From: an uncultured Gammaproteobacteria bacterium
GTDB taxonomy: Bacteria; Pseudomonadota; Gammaproteobacteria; UBA9214
Reading direction: 5' to 3'
Length of the DNA: 64,000 nucleotides
Assembly: GCA_963748215.1 (NCBI GenBank)
Contig: CAVVHS010000006.1
Coordinates: forward strand, 736,001 to 800,000
Made by a program: the position numbers and the translations under genes. The notes under the pieces were generated by a model. The model did no database searches and had not been told where the DNA came from. It saw only the letters and a list, made by a program, of their open reading frames with translations. Numbering within the stretch: position 1 is the stretch's first letter; each line of letters begins with the position of its first letter. Shown here in pieces: positions 49,876-60,625 of this stretch.

Positions 49876-50640
49876 ATGCGTCTGCACAGACTATCAGCGA
49901 TGACCGCACTGATCCTGCTCGTCGCGGCCTGCACGGCCGATGAGTCACCCGGGCTGAAACAGGAAGACGAACGGATTAACTACAGCCTCGGTCACCAGAT
50001 CGGGACAGATTTCAAGCGCCAGGGCGTGACGCTGGACGCTGCCGCCATCGCGCGGGGCATGCAGGACGCGCTCGGCGAGGCCGAACCCCTGCTGCCAAAG
50101 GACGACATGGAGCAGCGCCTGCTGAAGCTGAAAGGACAGATCACCGAAGACATGCAATCCGAGCAGCTGCAGCGGGTCAAGGCGCGTAAAGAAGTCAATG
50201 AGCGCAAGCTCCGTGAGGCCCAGGCGTTCCTCGAGGAGAACGCCAAAAAACCGGGCATTAAGACACGTTCCAGTGGCCTGCAGTACCGGGTGATCAGCGA
50301 GGGCAGCGGTGCCAGGCCAGTGCCCCTGGACCAGGTGAACTTCCATTATACGGGTCGACGGATCGACGGGAGTGAATTCGACAATTCCCATGCTGCCGGC
50401 AAGCCGAGATCCATCCGCGTAGCGGACATGATTCCAGGCCTCAAGGAGGCCGTGCTTATGATGCAACCTGGCGCCAGGTGGGAACTCTATATTCCACCTG
50501 ACCTGGCCTATGGCAGGACATCTCCCCTCGCCTACCAGGCGGTGATCATAGAACTCGAATTACTCTCTGTGGACAGCAATGACAGCAAGACGACGTCAAC
50601 TACCGCGCCTGAAAGCGTGCAGGATACCCAACAACCCTGA
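49876..50640 (+). CDS. FKBP-type (FkpA/Mip-like) PPIase, lipoprotein
   Basis: Lipobox LVAAC; INYSLG..IG; SGLQYRVI.EG.G; HYTG..IDG.EFDNS; IPPDLAYG; RBS GGAG before ATG 49876. Confidence 0.9.
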   Translation: MRLHRLSAMTALILLVAACTADESPGLKQEDERINYSLGHQIGTDFKRQGVTLDAAAIARGMQDALGEAEPLLPKDDMEQRLLKLKGQITEDMQSEQLQRVKARKEVNERKLREAQAFLEENAKKPGIKTRSSGLQYRVISEGSGARPVPLDQVNFHYTGRRIDGSEFDNSHAAGKPRSIRVADMIPGLKEAVLMMQPGARWELYIPPDLAYGRTSPLAYQAVIIELELLSVDSNDSKTTSTTAPESVQDTQQP

Positions 50641-50723
50641 CCCGGTGGATTGCCCTGGCCCGCACACGCGACCCGCTATTTCACTCTCATGACCTTCGAC
50701 CATAACGACAACGGAGAATCCGG

Positions 50724-51533
50724 ATGAAACAGTTATTAATCCTCATTACCGCACTGCTCACCCCCCTGTGTCTGGCAGGCGAGCCCGATCTCGGCACGGA
50801 TGCGGCAAAGATCAATTACAGTGTCGGCTACCAGATCGGTGGCGACTTCAAACTGCAGGGTGTCGAAATGCAACCGGACACGGTGATCCGGGGTATCCAG
50901 GACGCGCTGTCCGGGGCGCAGCCGCTCATGAGCGCCGAGGAGATGAAAACCACCATGGGTGAACTGGGCAAACGCATCGCGGACCAGCGCACCCGGGAAA
51001 AACATCTCGCCAAGACCCGGATCGAGAATGAGAACATGGAATTCCTGACCGCCAATGCCAAAAAGGAAGGCGTGGTGACCACCCCCAGCGGACTGCAGTA
51101 CAGGATCATCGAGCCGGGCACGGGCAGGACGCCCGGGGCAACGGACACCGTCACGGTCAATTACCGCGGCAGCCTGATCGACGGCAAGGAGTTCGACAGC
51201 TCGGCCAAACATGGCAAACCGGCCAGTTTCCGCGTGGACCGGGTCATTGCAGGCTGGAGCGAGGCCTTGCAGATGATGCAGGAAGGCGCCAAATGGCAAC
51301 TGTTCATTCCCCACCGACTCGCCTATGGCGAGAAGGGACCGTTGCGCGAGAAGACCCTCATCTTCGATGTCGAACTGCTGTCGGTCGATACCCCCGCTAT
51401 GGCGGCGCCAGAGGGTGGAACCCCCGCAACCGATGCCGCACCGAGCGAAGCGCCGGCCTCGGTGAAGCCTGCGACACCAGTCGAACCTGCGACGCCAGTC
51501 GAGCCAGCGACGACACCGGCCGGGACGGACTGA
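50724..51533 (+). CDS. FKBP-type PPIase with Pro/Ala/Thr-rich tail
   Basis: SGLQYRII..GTG, VTVNYRG.LIDG.EFDSS, VIAGW.EALQ.M, LAYG; PATPVE repeats at the C-terminus. Confidence 0.93.
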   Translation: MKQLLILITALLTPLCLAGEPDLGTDAAKINYSVGYQIGGDFKLQGVEMQPDTVIRGIQDALSGAQPLMSAEEMKTTMGELGKRIADQRTREKHLAKTRIENENMEFLTANAKKEGVVTTPSGLQYRIIEPGTGRTPGATDTVTVNYRGSLIDGKEFDSSAKHGKPASFRVDRVIAGWSEALQMMQEGAKWQLFIPHRLAYGEKGPLREKTLIFDVELLSVDTPAMAAPEGGTPATDAAPSEAPASVKPATPVEPATPVEPATTPAGTD

Positions 51534-51655
51534 CCGCCGCCCGGCGCCTACCCGCCATCAGACCGGCAACCGGCACGGACTTCAGGTCCGTTGCCGGGTG
51601 GTCGATTCTGCCTGTATCCGGCCCTGTGGCACGTTCAGTCCGTTAAATATTACAA

Positions 51656-53080
51656 GTGAACAAAACAGCCCTTCGCAACCTGCCAATTCGCACCTGCGCG
51701 CAGCTGCTGCCCGTGCTGTTGCTGGCCGTGCTGCTGCTGGCCGGGTGCGGACCGGACACGGCAGATCCACCTGCCGTTGCGGAGGACGCCGTAGCGATCG
51801 ACCTGCTTGAGGCGGACGGCACTCACACCCATGCGCACTACGTCTGCCCCATGCACCCGCAGATCGTGCGCGATGAGGCCGGCACCTGCCCCATCTGCGG
51901 CATGCACCTGGTGGAAAAACACCTGGAGTCCCCCGTCCCGGAACAAACCGCTGAACACACGCACGCGCATTATGTCTGCCCCATGCACCCCCAGATCATC
52001 CGCGACGAGCCTGGCACCTGCCCCATCTGCGGCATGGACCTGGTGGAAAAACACCTCGAACCGGCCACGGACGACCGGCCTGCGGTCACACTGGATGCCT
52101 CCGTGGTGCAGAACATGGGGGTGCGTACAACGAAGGTGAAGCGCGGGGTGCTGCAACGCCATGTCACCACGCAAGGCAATGTCGCCTACGACGATGACCG
52201 CATCGTTCATGTGCACGCCAGAACGCCCGGCTGGATCGAAAACCTCAACATCCGCACCGACGGCATAGCGGTCAAGCGCAAGGATGAACTGGCGCAGTTT
52301 TTCTCGCCGCTGATCGTCCAGCTGCAGCTTGAGTACATCACCGCCCTGGAAGAGCTTGACCTGGCCCAGCTGAAATCCGCCGACCAGACCGAAATCAGTG
52401 CCCGGGTGAAATCGCTGCGCAACAACCTGAGGCTCCTGCATGTCATGGATATGGACATCATGAGCCTCGAGAAATACCGCACGGTCAAGAACACGATCCC
52501 GATCGTGGCCCCCCGGACCGGCGTAATCACCCAGCTCGGGGTCCGCGAGGGCATGTACGTGGAACCGGACGACAACATGTTCACCATCGTGGATTTCAGC
52601 CGCCTGTGGGTGATGGTGGATATCTACGAGCACCAGATGAGCTGGATGAAACCGGGACTCAAGACCACCATCACGGCACCGGCCCTGCCTGAGCGGAGCT
52701 GGGAAGGCACGCTCGAATTCATCTACCCCGAGGTGGATCCACTCACACGTACCCTGCGCGCGCGGATTGCGGTCGCGAATCCGGACGGGATCCTGGTGCC
52801 GAACATGTTCGTCGAGGTAACGATTGCCAGCGCTCCGAAACAGAATGTGCTGATCGTCCCGCGCGAGGCCGTTATTCCGACCGGTGAGCGCGAGACGGTG
52901 GTCAAGGCACTCGGAGCAGGCCATTTTCAGCCTGTCGAGGTCACCAGCGGCATGTGGGTCGGCCCCGATGTCGAAATCCTGTCCGGCCTGCAGGAGAACG
53001 ACGACGTGGTCGTGTCGGGCCAGTTCCTGATTGATTCGGAATCCAGTCTGCAGGCCGACTTTTCGCGCATGACAGAGTAA
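51656..53080 (+). CDS. cusB: CusB-like RND membrane fusion protein with two heavy-metal-binding domains
   Basis: Lipobox LAGC; two [20 protein letters not shown] repeats; IYPEVD..TRTL..R; [13 protein letters not shown]. Confidence 0.9.
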   Translation: MNKTALRNLPIRTCAQLLPVLLLAVLLLAGCGPDTADPPAVAEDAVAIDLLEADGTHTHAHYVCPMHPQIVRDEAGTCPICGMHLVEKHLESPVPEQTAEHTHAHYVCPMHPQIIRDEPGTCPICGMDLVEKHLEPATDDRPAVTLDASVVQNMGVRTTKVKRGVLQRHVTTQGNVAYDDDRIVHVHARTPGWIENLNIRTDGIAVKRKDELAQFFSPLIVQLQLEYITALEELDLAQLKSADQTEISARVKSLRNNLRLLHVMDMDIMSLEKYRTVKNTIPIVAPRTGVITQLGVREGMYVEPDDNMFTIVDFSRLWVMVDIYEHQMSWMKPGLKTTITAPALPERSWEGTLEFIYPEVDPLTRTLRARIAVANPDGILVPNMFVEVTIASAPKQNVLIVPREAVIPTGERETVVKALGAGHFQPVEVTSGMWVGPDVEILSGLQENDDVVVSGQFLIDSESSLQADFSRMTE

Positions 53081-53085
53081 TTAGC

Positions 53086-56000
53086 GTGCCGATTCGACTG
53101 ATACGCTGGTCCATAGAAAACCGCCTGCTGGTCATCCTGGCCACCCTGGTGCTCACCGGCTGGGGCTGGCTGTCGGTGCTGCAGACACCGCTCGATGCCA
53201 TTCCGGACCTGTCCGATGTGCAGGTCATCATCCGCACCAGCTACCCGGGCCAGTCCCCGCAGGTCATCGAGGATCAGGTCACCTACCCGATCACCACCAC
53301 CATGCTTTCGGTACCGGGGACGCGCGTGGTGCGCGGGTATTCGTTCTTCGGCGACTCCTATGTCTATGTCATTTTCGATGACGACACCGATCTTTACTGG
53401 GCGCGCGCACGGGTACTCGAGTACCTCGACCAGGCGGAGGACAGCCTGCCATCGGGCGTGCGACCCAAACTGGGGCCGGACGCCACCGGTGTCGGCTGGA
53501 TCTACAGCTATGCCCTGGTGGATCGCAGCGGAAACCACGACCTGGCGCAGCTACGCAGCATGCAGGACTGGTTCCTCAAATTCGAACTCCAGGCCGTACC
53601 GGGCGTGGCCGAGGTGGCAACGGTTGGTGGCATGGTGCGCCAGTACCAGGTGGTGGTGAATCCCGAAAAACTCAGGGCCTACGGCATTCCCCTGACCCGC
53701 GTGGCCGAAGCCATTCGCAGGGCCAACCGGGAAACGGGTGGCTCCGTGATCGAAATGGCGGAATCGGAATACATGGTGCGCACCCGGGGCTATATTCAGT
53801 CTCTCGAGGATATCGAACACATACCGCTGCAGCAGACCGACAAGGGTATCCCGGTGCTGTTACGGGACATCGCGCATATTCAGGTCGGTCCGGAAATGCG
53901 CCGGGTGGTGGCCGACCTGGATGGCGAAGGGGAAGTGACCGGCGGCATCGTGGTCATGCGCCATGGCGAGAACGCCCTGCAGACCATCGCCGCGGTCAAG
54001 CAAAAACTCAAGGAACTCCAGAGCGGCCTGCCGGAAGGCGTAGAGATCGTCACGACCTACGATCGTTCGGAGCTGATCCTGAGAGCGGTGGACAACCTCA
54101 CTGAAAAGCTCATCGAGGAGTTCATCGTGGTCGCGCTGGTGTGCCTGGTGTTCCTGTTCCACCTGCGTTCCGCCATTGTTGCCGTCGTCACCCTGCCACT
54201 GGGCATCCTGATCTCGTTCATCATCATGAAACAGGCAGGGATCAATGCCAATATCATGTCCCTCGGCGGTATTGCGATTGCGGTCGGCGCCATGGTCGAT
54301 GCCGCAATCGTCATGATCGAGAACGCCCACAAACACCTGGAAAAAGCTGGCCCGGGCCTGACCGGCGAACAACGCTGGGAGACCATCACTCGAGCCGCAC
54401 AGGAGGTCGGACCGGCCCTTTTCTATTCGCTGCTGATCATCACCCTGAGTTTCGTTCCCGTCTTCACGCTCGAGGCCCAGGAAGGCCGGCTGTTTGCGCC
54501 GCTCGCGTTCACCAAGACATTTGCCATGGCCGCCGCCGCCGGACTCGCTGTAACCCTGGTGCCCGTATTGATGGGTTATTTCATTCGCGGACGCATTCCC
54601 GGGGAGTCAGCCAACCCGCTCAGCCAGCTGCTGATCTGGCTCTATCGCCCTCTACTGAAGAGGGTACTCGACGCTCCGAAAATGACCGTATTGCTGTCGA
54701 TCGTCGTGGTTCTCAGCCTGCTGATTCCGTTGTACGGTGTCAGCGGTTTCCTGGCGCCGCTCAAGTGGCCCCTGCAAGTGTTACGGCTCGCAGAACCGTC
54801 ATTCGCCAGCGAGACCATCACCGCAATCGAGGACACACAGGAACGCCTGGCCCTGGGCTGGCAGCATGTATTCCGCGATTCACCCAGGCTGGCAAGCCTC
54901 GGTCGAGGACTGGGCTCCGAATTCATGCCGGAACTGTTCGAGGGCGACCTCATGTACATGCCGACCACCCTGCCCGGCATTTCCATTGGCAAGGCGCGCG
55001 AGCTGTTGCAACAGACCGACCGGCTGATCAGCCAGACACCGGAAGTCAAGCGGGTGTTCGGCAAAATCGGCCGGGCCGACACGGCTACCGACCCGGCCCC
55101 GCTCACCATGATCGAAACACTGATCCAGCTCAAACCACGTGATCAATGGCGGCCCGGCATGACGGTCGACAAACTGATTGCGGAACTCGATGACAGAATC
55201 CGGTTCCCGGCCCTGACCGATGCCTGGGTCATGCCGATCAAGACCCGTATCGATATGCTGGCAACCGGTATCAAAACGCCCGTCGGCGTTAAAATCTCCG
55301 GGCCTGACGTCTATGAGATCGAGCGCATAGGCAAACAGCTCGAAAGAATCATAATGCAGGTGCCGGGCACCAGGTCGGCCTATTCCGAGCGCGTCGCCGG
55401 TGGACGCTACATCGAAATTATCCCGCGTCGGCTGGAGGCGGCAAGACTGGGACTCAATGTCGATGATATCAATGACATCGTCAGCGCCGCGGTGGGCGGC
55501 ATCAATGTCACGCAAACGGTAGAGGGGCGCGAACGCTACACCGTGAACCTGCGCTTTCCCAGGGAACAGCGCGACGACGTGAAAAAACTGGAGCAACTGC
55601 CCCTGGTCACGACAAGTGGCGCCCAGGTGCCCCTGTCACAGGTCGCCGAAGTAAAGGTGGTGGATGGGCCACCGATGCTGAGAAGCGAGAATGCACGGCT
55701 CAATGGCTGGGTGTTCGTGGATATCCGTGATGTCGATCTCGGCAGTTATGTCAACCGTGCCCGCGATGCTGTGCTCGAGCAGATTGACTTGCCGCCAGGC
55801 TATTCCATCGCCTGGTCCGGACAATACGAGTACATGATTCGGGCGCAACAGAAACTGCGCCAGGTGGTACCCTTGACCCTGATCATCATCTTCGTTCTGC
55901 TCTACCTGGCACTGCGCTCCGCCGGCGAGGCCATGCTGGTGATGTTGTCTCTGCCCTTCGCCCTGGTGGGTGGTTTCTGGTTCCTGCTGTTTCTCGGCTA

Positions 56001-56376
56001 CAACCTGTCGGTAGCGGTAACCGTCGGGTTCATCGCGCTGGCCGGTGTAGCGGCGGAATTCGGCGTGGTGATGCTGGTCTATCTCGATAATGCACTCGAC
56101 ACGCACCGTCGCCAGGGAGGCCAGCTCAGCGACAGTGAACTGCGCGATGCCATTATGGAAGGTGCCGTGCTCAGGGTGCGCCCCAAGGCCATGACCGTGG
56201 CGGTTATCATCGCCGGCCTGCTGCCGATCATGCTGAGTCAGGGGACCGGTTCGGAAGTGATGCAGCGTATCGCGGCGCCCATGATCGGCGGCATGATCAC
56301 CGCACCGCTGCTGTCCATGTTCGTAATTCCGGCAGTGTATTACCTGCAGCAACGACGCACACTCAACAACTCCTGA
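53086..56376 (+). CDS. cusA: CusA/SilA heavy-metal RND transporter
   Basis: [57 protein letters not shown]...[16 protein letters not shown]. Confidence 0.96.
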   Translation: MPIRLIRWSIENRLLVILATLVLTGWGWLSVLQTPLDAIPDLSDVQVIIRTSYPGQSPQVIEDQVTYPITTTMLSVPGTRVVRGYSFFGDSYVYVIFDDDTDLYWARARVLEYLDQAEDSLPSGVRPKLGPDATGVGWIYSYALVDRSGNHDLAQLRSMQDWFLKFELQAVPGVAEVATVGGMVRQYQVVVNPEKLRAYGIPLTRVAEAIRRANRETGGSVIEMAESEYMVRTRGYIQSLEDIEHIPLQQTDKGIPVLLRDIAHIQVGPEMRRVVADLDGEGEVTGGIVVMRHGENALQTIAAVKQKLKELQSGLPEGVEIVTTYDRSELILRAVDNLTEKLIEEFIVVALVCLVFLFHLRSAIVAVVTLPLGILISFIIMKQAGINANIMSLGGIAIAVGAMVDAAIVMIENAHKHLEKAGPGLTGEQRWETITRAAQEVGPALFYSLLIITLSFVPVFTLEAQEGRLFAPLAFTKTFAMAAAAGLAVTLVPVLMGYFIRGRIPGESANPLSQLLIWLYRPLLKRVLDAPKMTVLLSIVVVLSLLIPLYGVSGFLAPLKWPLQVLRLAEPSFASETITAIEDTQERLALGWQHVFRDSPRLASLGRGLGSEFMPELFEGDLMYMPTTLPGISIGKARELLQQTDRLISQTPEVKRVFGKIGRADTATDPAPLTMIETLIQLKPRDQWRPGMTVDKLIAELDDRIRFPALTDAWVMPIKTRIDMLATGIKTPVGVKISGPDVYEIERIGKQLERIIMQVPGTRSAYSERVAGGRYIEIIPRRLEAARLGLNVDDINDIVSAAVGGINVTQTVEGRERYTVNLRFPREQRDDVKKLEQLPLVTTSGAQVPLSQVAEVKVVDGPPMLRSENARLNGWVFVDIRDVDLGSYVNRARDAVLEQIDLPPGYSIAWSGQYEYMIRAQQKLRQVVPLTLIIIFVLLYLALRSAGEAMLVMLSLPFALVGGFWFLLFLGYNLSVAVTVGFIALAGVAAEFGVVMLVYLDNALDTHRRQGGQLSDSELRDAIMEGAVLRVRPKAMTVAVIIAGLLPIMLSQGTGSEVMQRIAAPMIGGMITAPLLSMFVIPAVYYLQQRRTLNNS

Positions 56377-56389
56377 ACACTAGCCCGCT

Positions 56390-57151
56390 TCAATCCCCTG
56401 CCTGCTTCTTGCCGGTAATCAGCCCCGTGTAATCGTCCGCGGGCTGCAGCTTCTCGTACTCTGCCGGAACGCGGAAGTCTTCCCGGGGTACTATTTCGTG
56501 GGAAACCGACTTCAGTATGAAGGTCGGTTCACCCTCCGCGGGACGGCTTCGAATCGTTATAAACTGCTCATCCGACTGGATGGCAATCCAGTCCGGATCG
56601 GTCCTCTGCCGGGAAAACTCGATCAGGCGGGCCATGCTGATGAGTTCACGCGGCGTCATTCCCAGTGCGTACGCATCCACCAGGCAGTGTTCAGCCAGCA
56701 GTTTGTCATCGCGCATTTCCCTGACCACCCTGCAGCTGAACCCCGCCACAGTGTTCTTTTCTGTTGTCGGTGACAAAATGCTCTTTGGCGGTGATTTTGC
56801 AGCAGCCGGCCCCGCTGCAGCAGGGGCCGGCGCAGCAGCGCTCTCCGCCCTGGGCGCAGCAGCAGGGAGCCGCGTGCCACCCTGATGATGGGGTGAATCC
56901 CCGAAGGTGGTGAAAGTCTGCTTTTCGCCGTTGACAACGTTCATGTACAGGAATCCGCCATCCAGCAGCAGGAAATTTTCCGGTGCCTCGTTGCTCTTGT
57001 CCACCCGCAAGAAGCGGCCACGAATACTGTAGGTCTGCTGGGTTGTCTGACCTGCGGCGTCGACCAGATCGTAAACCAGGGTGGTATCGGCGTGAACAGA
57101 ACAGGACAGTAAGGCGGCGACGGCAGATACGATACTCAGGGGTGTTTTCAT
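56390..57151 (-). CDS. Secreted DUF4412-like protein
   Basis: Signal peptide (VHA); T.EK.TVAGF.C; F.VP..Y.K tail typical of this family. Confidence 0.6.
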   Translation of the reverse strand: MKTPLSIVSAVAALLSCSVHADTTLVYDLVDAAGQTTQQTYSIRGRFLRVDKSNEAPENFLLLDGGFLYMNVVNGEKQTFTTFGDSPHHQGGTRLPAAAPRAESAAAPAPAAAGPAAAKSPPKSILSPTTEKNTVAGFSCRVVREMRDDKLLAEHCLVDAYALGMTPRELISMARLIEFSRQRTDPDWIAIQSDEQFITIRSRPAEGEPTFILKSVSHEIVPREDFRVPAEYEKLQPADDYTGLITGKKQAGD

Positions 57152-57341
57152 GCATAATTCCCGTATATTCTGATTATTAAAGTAATTTTATAACCCAAGA
57201 TTACCTCAATTTCTATCATAAATTAACCCGTGATTCCAAATTACACAAACGTGCATTATGGTAGTAATCGGGATGACCCCGGTCCCGCAGCGGGAACCCG
57301 TGTTTTCGAAGCATAACGACAGAATCAGGAGAAAATCCGAC

Positions 57342-58034
57342 ATGAAGAATACAGGACTAATCGCAATCGCCGCCCTGCCGCTGCTCTGCGGCCTCTGCTA
57401 CGCGGAAGAACAGCCAAAATTTACCGATGAAGAGGACAAGATCAATTACATCATCGGCTACCGGCTTGGTGGGGATTTCAAACGCCAGGATCTGACACTC
57501 AGAAAAGAGATGGTAGTCAAAGGGCTGGAGGATGCCGTATCCGGCACAACCCCGCTCCTGACCCAGGAAGAGATGCGCACGGTGCTGATGAACCTGCAAC
57601 AACGGGTTGCCGCGGAACAGAAAGCCAGACTGGATGAACAGCTGGCAGTGAACCTCAAGGCCGCAGAGGCCTTCCTGGCGGAAAACGCCGGCAAGGACGG
57701 TGTGCAGACCCTGCCGAGCGGCCTGCAATACAAAGTACTGACAGAAGGTTCTGGCGACAGCCCGCAGAAAACCGACAAGGTCACGGTCAATTATCGTGGC
57801 ACCCTGATCGACGGCACCGAATTCGACAGCTCCTACAGCCGCAACCAGCCAGCCATGTTCGGTGTCAGCCAGGTCATTGACGGCTGGACGGAGGCGCTGC
57901 AGCTGATGAAGCCGGGTGGCAAGTGGCAGCTGTTCCTTCCGCCGCAGCTCGCCTACGGTGAGCGCGGTCAAGGCGCCAAGATACCCCCCAACAGTGCACT
58001 CATTTTCGAGGTCGAGCTGATCAGCATCAACTGA
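57342..58034 (+). CDS. FKBP-type PPIase (FkpA/Mip-like)
   Basis: RBS AGGAG; LPSGLQYKVL.EG.G; VTVNYRGTLIDGTEFDSSY.R; VIDGWTEALQLM; IPPNSALIFEVELI. Confidence 0.95.
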   Translation: MKNTGLIAIAALPLLCGLCYAEEQPKFTDEEDKINYIIGYRLGGDFKRQDLTLRKEMVVKGLEDAVSGTTPLLTQEEMRTVLMNLQQRVAAEQKARLDEQLAVNLKAAEAFLAENAGKDGVQTLPSGLQYKVLTEGSGDSPQKTDKVTVNYRGTLIDGTEFDSSYSRNQPAMFGVSQVIDGWTEALQLMKPGGKWQLFLPPQLAYGERGQGAKIPPNSALIFEVELISIN

Positions 58035-58560
58035 TAGTGGACATCCCGGGGAAAACACCAGCAACTACAGATCGCGACAGCGGTTCGCTTCAATGTCAAA
58101 TCGGCGACAGGACCGCAAGGCCATATCGTCCTGTCTGTTGTCGGACAGCCCCGGAATAACAGCCCGTCATGACCCGGCATCCGGCAAAGCGCAACGCACG
58201 TATAGAACGCACGTCGAGAGAGTCTGCGTTTTACCGGGCGCCGGATTCCACAGACACCGCCACCCGCAGAGTGGCGGTGTAGGTACAATGGTATTGAGCG
58301 GGTGTGTTATTTTCAGCCAGGCATTGAAACCAGCCGGGGCCGGCATCATATACAGTGACAGGCACAACAGGCTGTCAGGTTGACGGTATCCGGTCAGACA
58401 GGTAGCAGGATAACTCGCGTTTATACCCCTGCCCTGTTATAGTGTGTCACGTTGCAAGTTGGCTGCGTCATTTCAGAAGTCACCTTCGGTATCTCCTGTG
58501 AATTGTCTTTCCATCATTTGCATCTACAACCACATCTAAATTTTCACAGAGGTAATTCAC

Positions 58561-58767
58561 ATGAGCACAGGTACCGTTAAATGGTTTAACGAATCCAAGG
58601 GTTTCGGCTTCATCTCGCCGTCCGATGGCAGCGCAGATGTCTTCGTCCACTTTTCCGCCATCAGCGGCAGTGGCTTCAAGACCCTGAATGAGGGTCAGGC
58701 CGTCAGTTTCGACGTCGAGACCGGCCCCAAGGGGCTGCAGGCCACACGGGTCGCCATGCAGGACTAA
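58561..58767 (+). CDS. Cold-shock protein, CspA family
   Basis: [33 protein letters not shown]. Confidence 0.97.
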   Translation: MSTGTVKWFNESKGFGFISPSDGSADVFVHFSAISGSGFKTLNEGQAVSFDVETGPKGLQATRVAMQD

Positions 58768-58792
58768 CCCTCCCGCCACCCCCCCGAAACCG

Positions 58793-58823
58793 GCCCCGCA
58801 GCGCGTCTGCGGGGCTTTTCTTT
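58793..58823 (+). terminator. Intrinsic terminator after csp
   Basis: GCCCCGCAG-CGCGT-CTGCGGGGC followed by TTTTCTTT. Confidence 0.8.
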
Positions 58824-58867
58824 AGCGCCAGCGCAGCGCATCATCTCCTTAACAGGAGGAGCAGTCA

Positions 58868-59131
58868 TTGAAGACAATGTTTGTATCCAATTTACCGCCG
58901 GATGCCTCTGAAGAGAGCGTGCGCGAGCTGTTCTCCGAATTCGGCATCGTTCGCTCCATCAGCATTTCCAGCGACATCTTCACCGGCAAGTGCCGCGGCT
59001 TCGGCACTGTCGCCATGGAAGGCCACGAGGCACGGGCAGCCATGGCCCGGCTCGACGGCAAGACCCTCGGCGACAAGTCGCTGCGGGTGCGCTATGAAGA
59101 CCCCAAGGCAAAGAGCCGCCGGCGGCGCTGA
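58868..59131 (+). CDS. RRM (RNP-1) RNA-binding protein
   Basis: RBS AGGAGG with TTG start; MFVSNLP (RNP2), TGKCRGFGTV.M (RNP1). Confidence 0.9.
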   Translation: MKTMFVSNLPPDASEESVRELFSEFGIVRSISISSDIFTGKCRGFGTVAMEGHEARAAMARLDGKTLGDKSLRVRYEDPKAKSRRRR

Positions 59132-59214
59132 CCTTCGGGCTGACGTGATCGAGGCAGGCGCAACCAGGGTCTGCCCCCCCTGTTCCACAGGAAACTTTTC
59201 ATACAGAGAACTAC

Positions 59215-60390
59215 ATGCTAGAAGGCTTACTGGATTTATCTTTCTGGGGTTACATCGGCGCCACGCTGCTATTGACCCACATCACCATCGCCAGCGTCAC
59301 CATTTTCCTGCATCGCTACCAGGCGCATAACGCGCTGACCCTGCACCCGTCAGTGAGCCATTTTTTTCGTTTCTGGCTCTGGCTGACGACCGGCATGGTC
59401 ACCCGCGAATGGGTGGCCGTACACCGCAAGCATCACGCGAAATGCGAAACCGTGGATGACCCGCACAGTCCCCAGGTCAAGGGTATCTGGAGAGTCCTGC
59501 TGGGCGGTCTCGGCCTGTATCAAATCGCGACGCGGGATGCACAGACCATAAAACACTATGGTAACGGGACACCCGACGACTGGCTGGAGCGCCACGTCTA
59601 CAGCCGCCATCCCATGCTGGGCATACTGCTCATGGCCGCCATTGACCTGCTGCTGTTCGGCATGCCGGGGCTGATCATTTTCGCTGTGCAGATGCTGTGG
59701 ATCCCGCTCTGGGCCGCCGGCGTGATCAACGGCCTCGGTCATTTCTGGGGCTACCGCAACTTCGAGACCACGGATGCCTCGCGCAACCTGTCCCCGGTCG
59801 GTATCCTGATCGGCGGCGAGGAACTGCACAACAATCACCATGCCTACGCCCAATCCGCCCGGCTTTCCAATAAATGGTGGGAGTTCGATATCGGCTGGCT
59901 GTACATCAGGACACTGGCATTGCTCGGACTCGCGCGGGTTCGACGCGTCGCTCCGCGGGTGCGTATCGAACGCGGCAAACAGGTGGTGGATCTCGAGACG
60001 CTGCGGGCCGTGCTGCGCGACCGCTACCACGTGCTTACGCTCTACGGCCGCAAGGTCATCCGCCCGGTCGTGCGCATTGAACGCAAGACCACCGACGGCA
60101 CCGAACGTACGCTGCTGCGCCAGGTACGCAAGCTGATGACCCGGGAGGACATCGCGCCGGACGCGCGCGCACGCGCCACGCTGAATGAAGTGTTGCAGCG
60201 CAGCCAGGCACTGGCCACGGTCTACCGCTTCAAGACGCAGCTCAAGGCATTGTGGACCCACACCGCCAGCGATGGCGCCAGCCGGGTGGAGCGTCTCGAG
60301 GCCTGGTGCAACGAGGCGGAACGCTCTGGCATCAAGGCGCTGCAGGACTTTGCAAACACGCTGCGCAGCTACACCCTGCAGGCTGTCTGA
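59215..60390 (+). CDS. desA: Delta-9 fatty acid desaturase (DesA-like)
   Basis: His boxes LHRYQAH, HRKHH and ELHNNHH; WWEFDIGW. Confidence 0.93.
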   Translation: MLEGLLDLSFWGYIGATLLLTHITIASVTIFLHRYQAHNALTLHPSVSHFFRFWLWLTTGMVTREWVAVHRKHHAKCETVDDPHSPQVKGIWRVLLGGLGLYQIATRDAQTIKHYGNGTPDDWLERHVYSRHPMLGILLMAAIDLLLFGMPGLIIFAVQMLWIPLWAAGVINGLGHFWGYRNFETTDASRNLSPVGILIGGEELHNNHHAYAQSARLSNKWWEFDIGWLYIRTLALLGLARVRRVAPRVRIERGKQVVDLETLRAVLRDRYHVLTLYGRKVIRPVVRIERKTTDGTERTLLRQVRKLMTREDIAPDARARATLNEVLQRSQALATVYRFKTQLKALWTHTASDGASRVERLEAWCNEAERSGIKALQDFANTLRSYTLQAV

Positions 60391-60625
60391 AGCCGGACGC
60401 GTCCTGCCTGTTCCACCAGGACGGGCACAGCCGACCAGCCATGTGATTATTTCTATACAACCCTGATATTCGTGGTAGTATGCCACGCACAGCGGCGCAC
60501 TACGGTCTGCGCCTGATTCCTTCGCGGTAATCCCTTCCGGCAAACCCCGAACACCAACTATTGAATTCCGCCTGGACCGTCCTGGCAGCAAGCCAGGCAG
60601 GCCGACTCAGGAGCAACATCCAATC

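Noticed and set aside
59960-60390. Transposase-like helical C-terminus of the desaturase as a mobile element
   Set aside because: This tail is a normal part of proteobacterial DesA-type desaturases; there are no IS ends or DDE motif.
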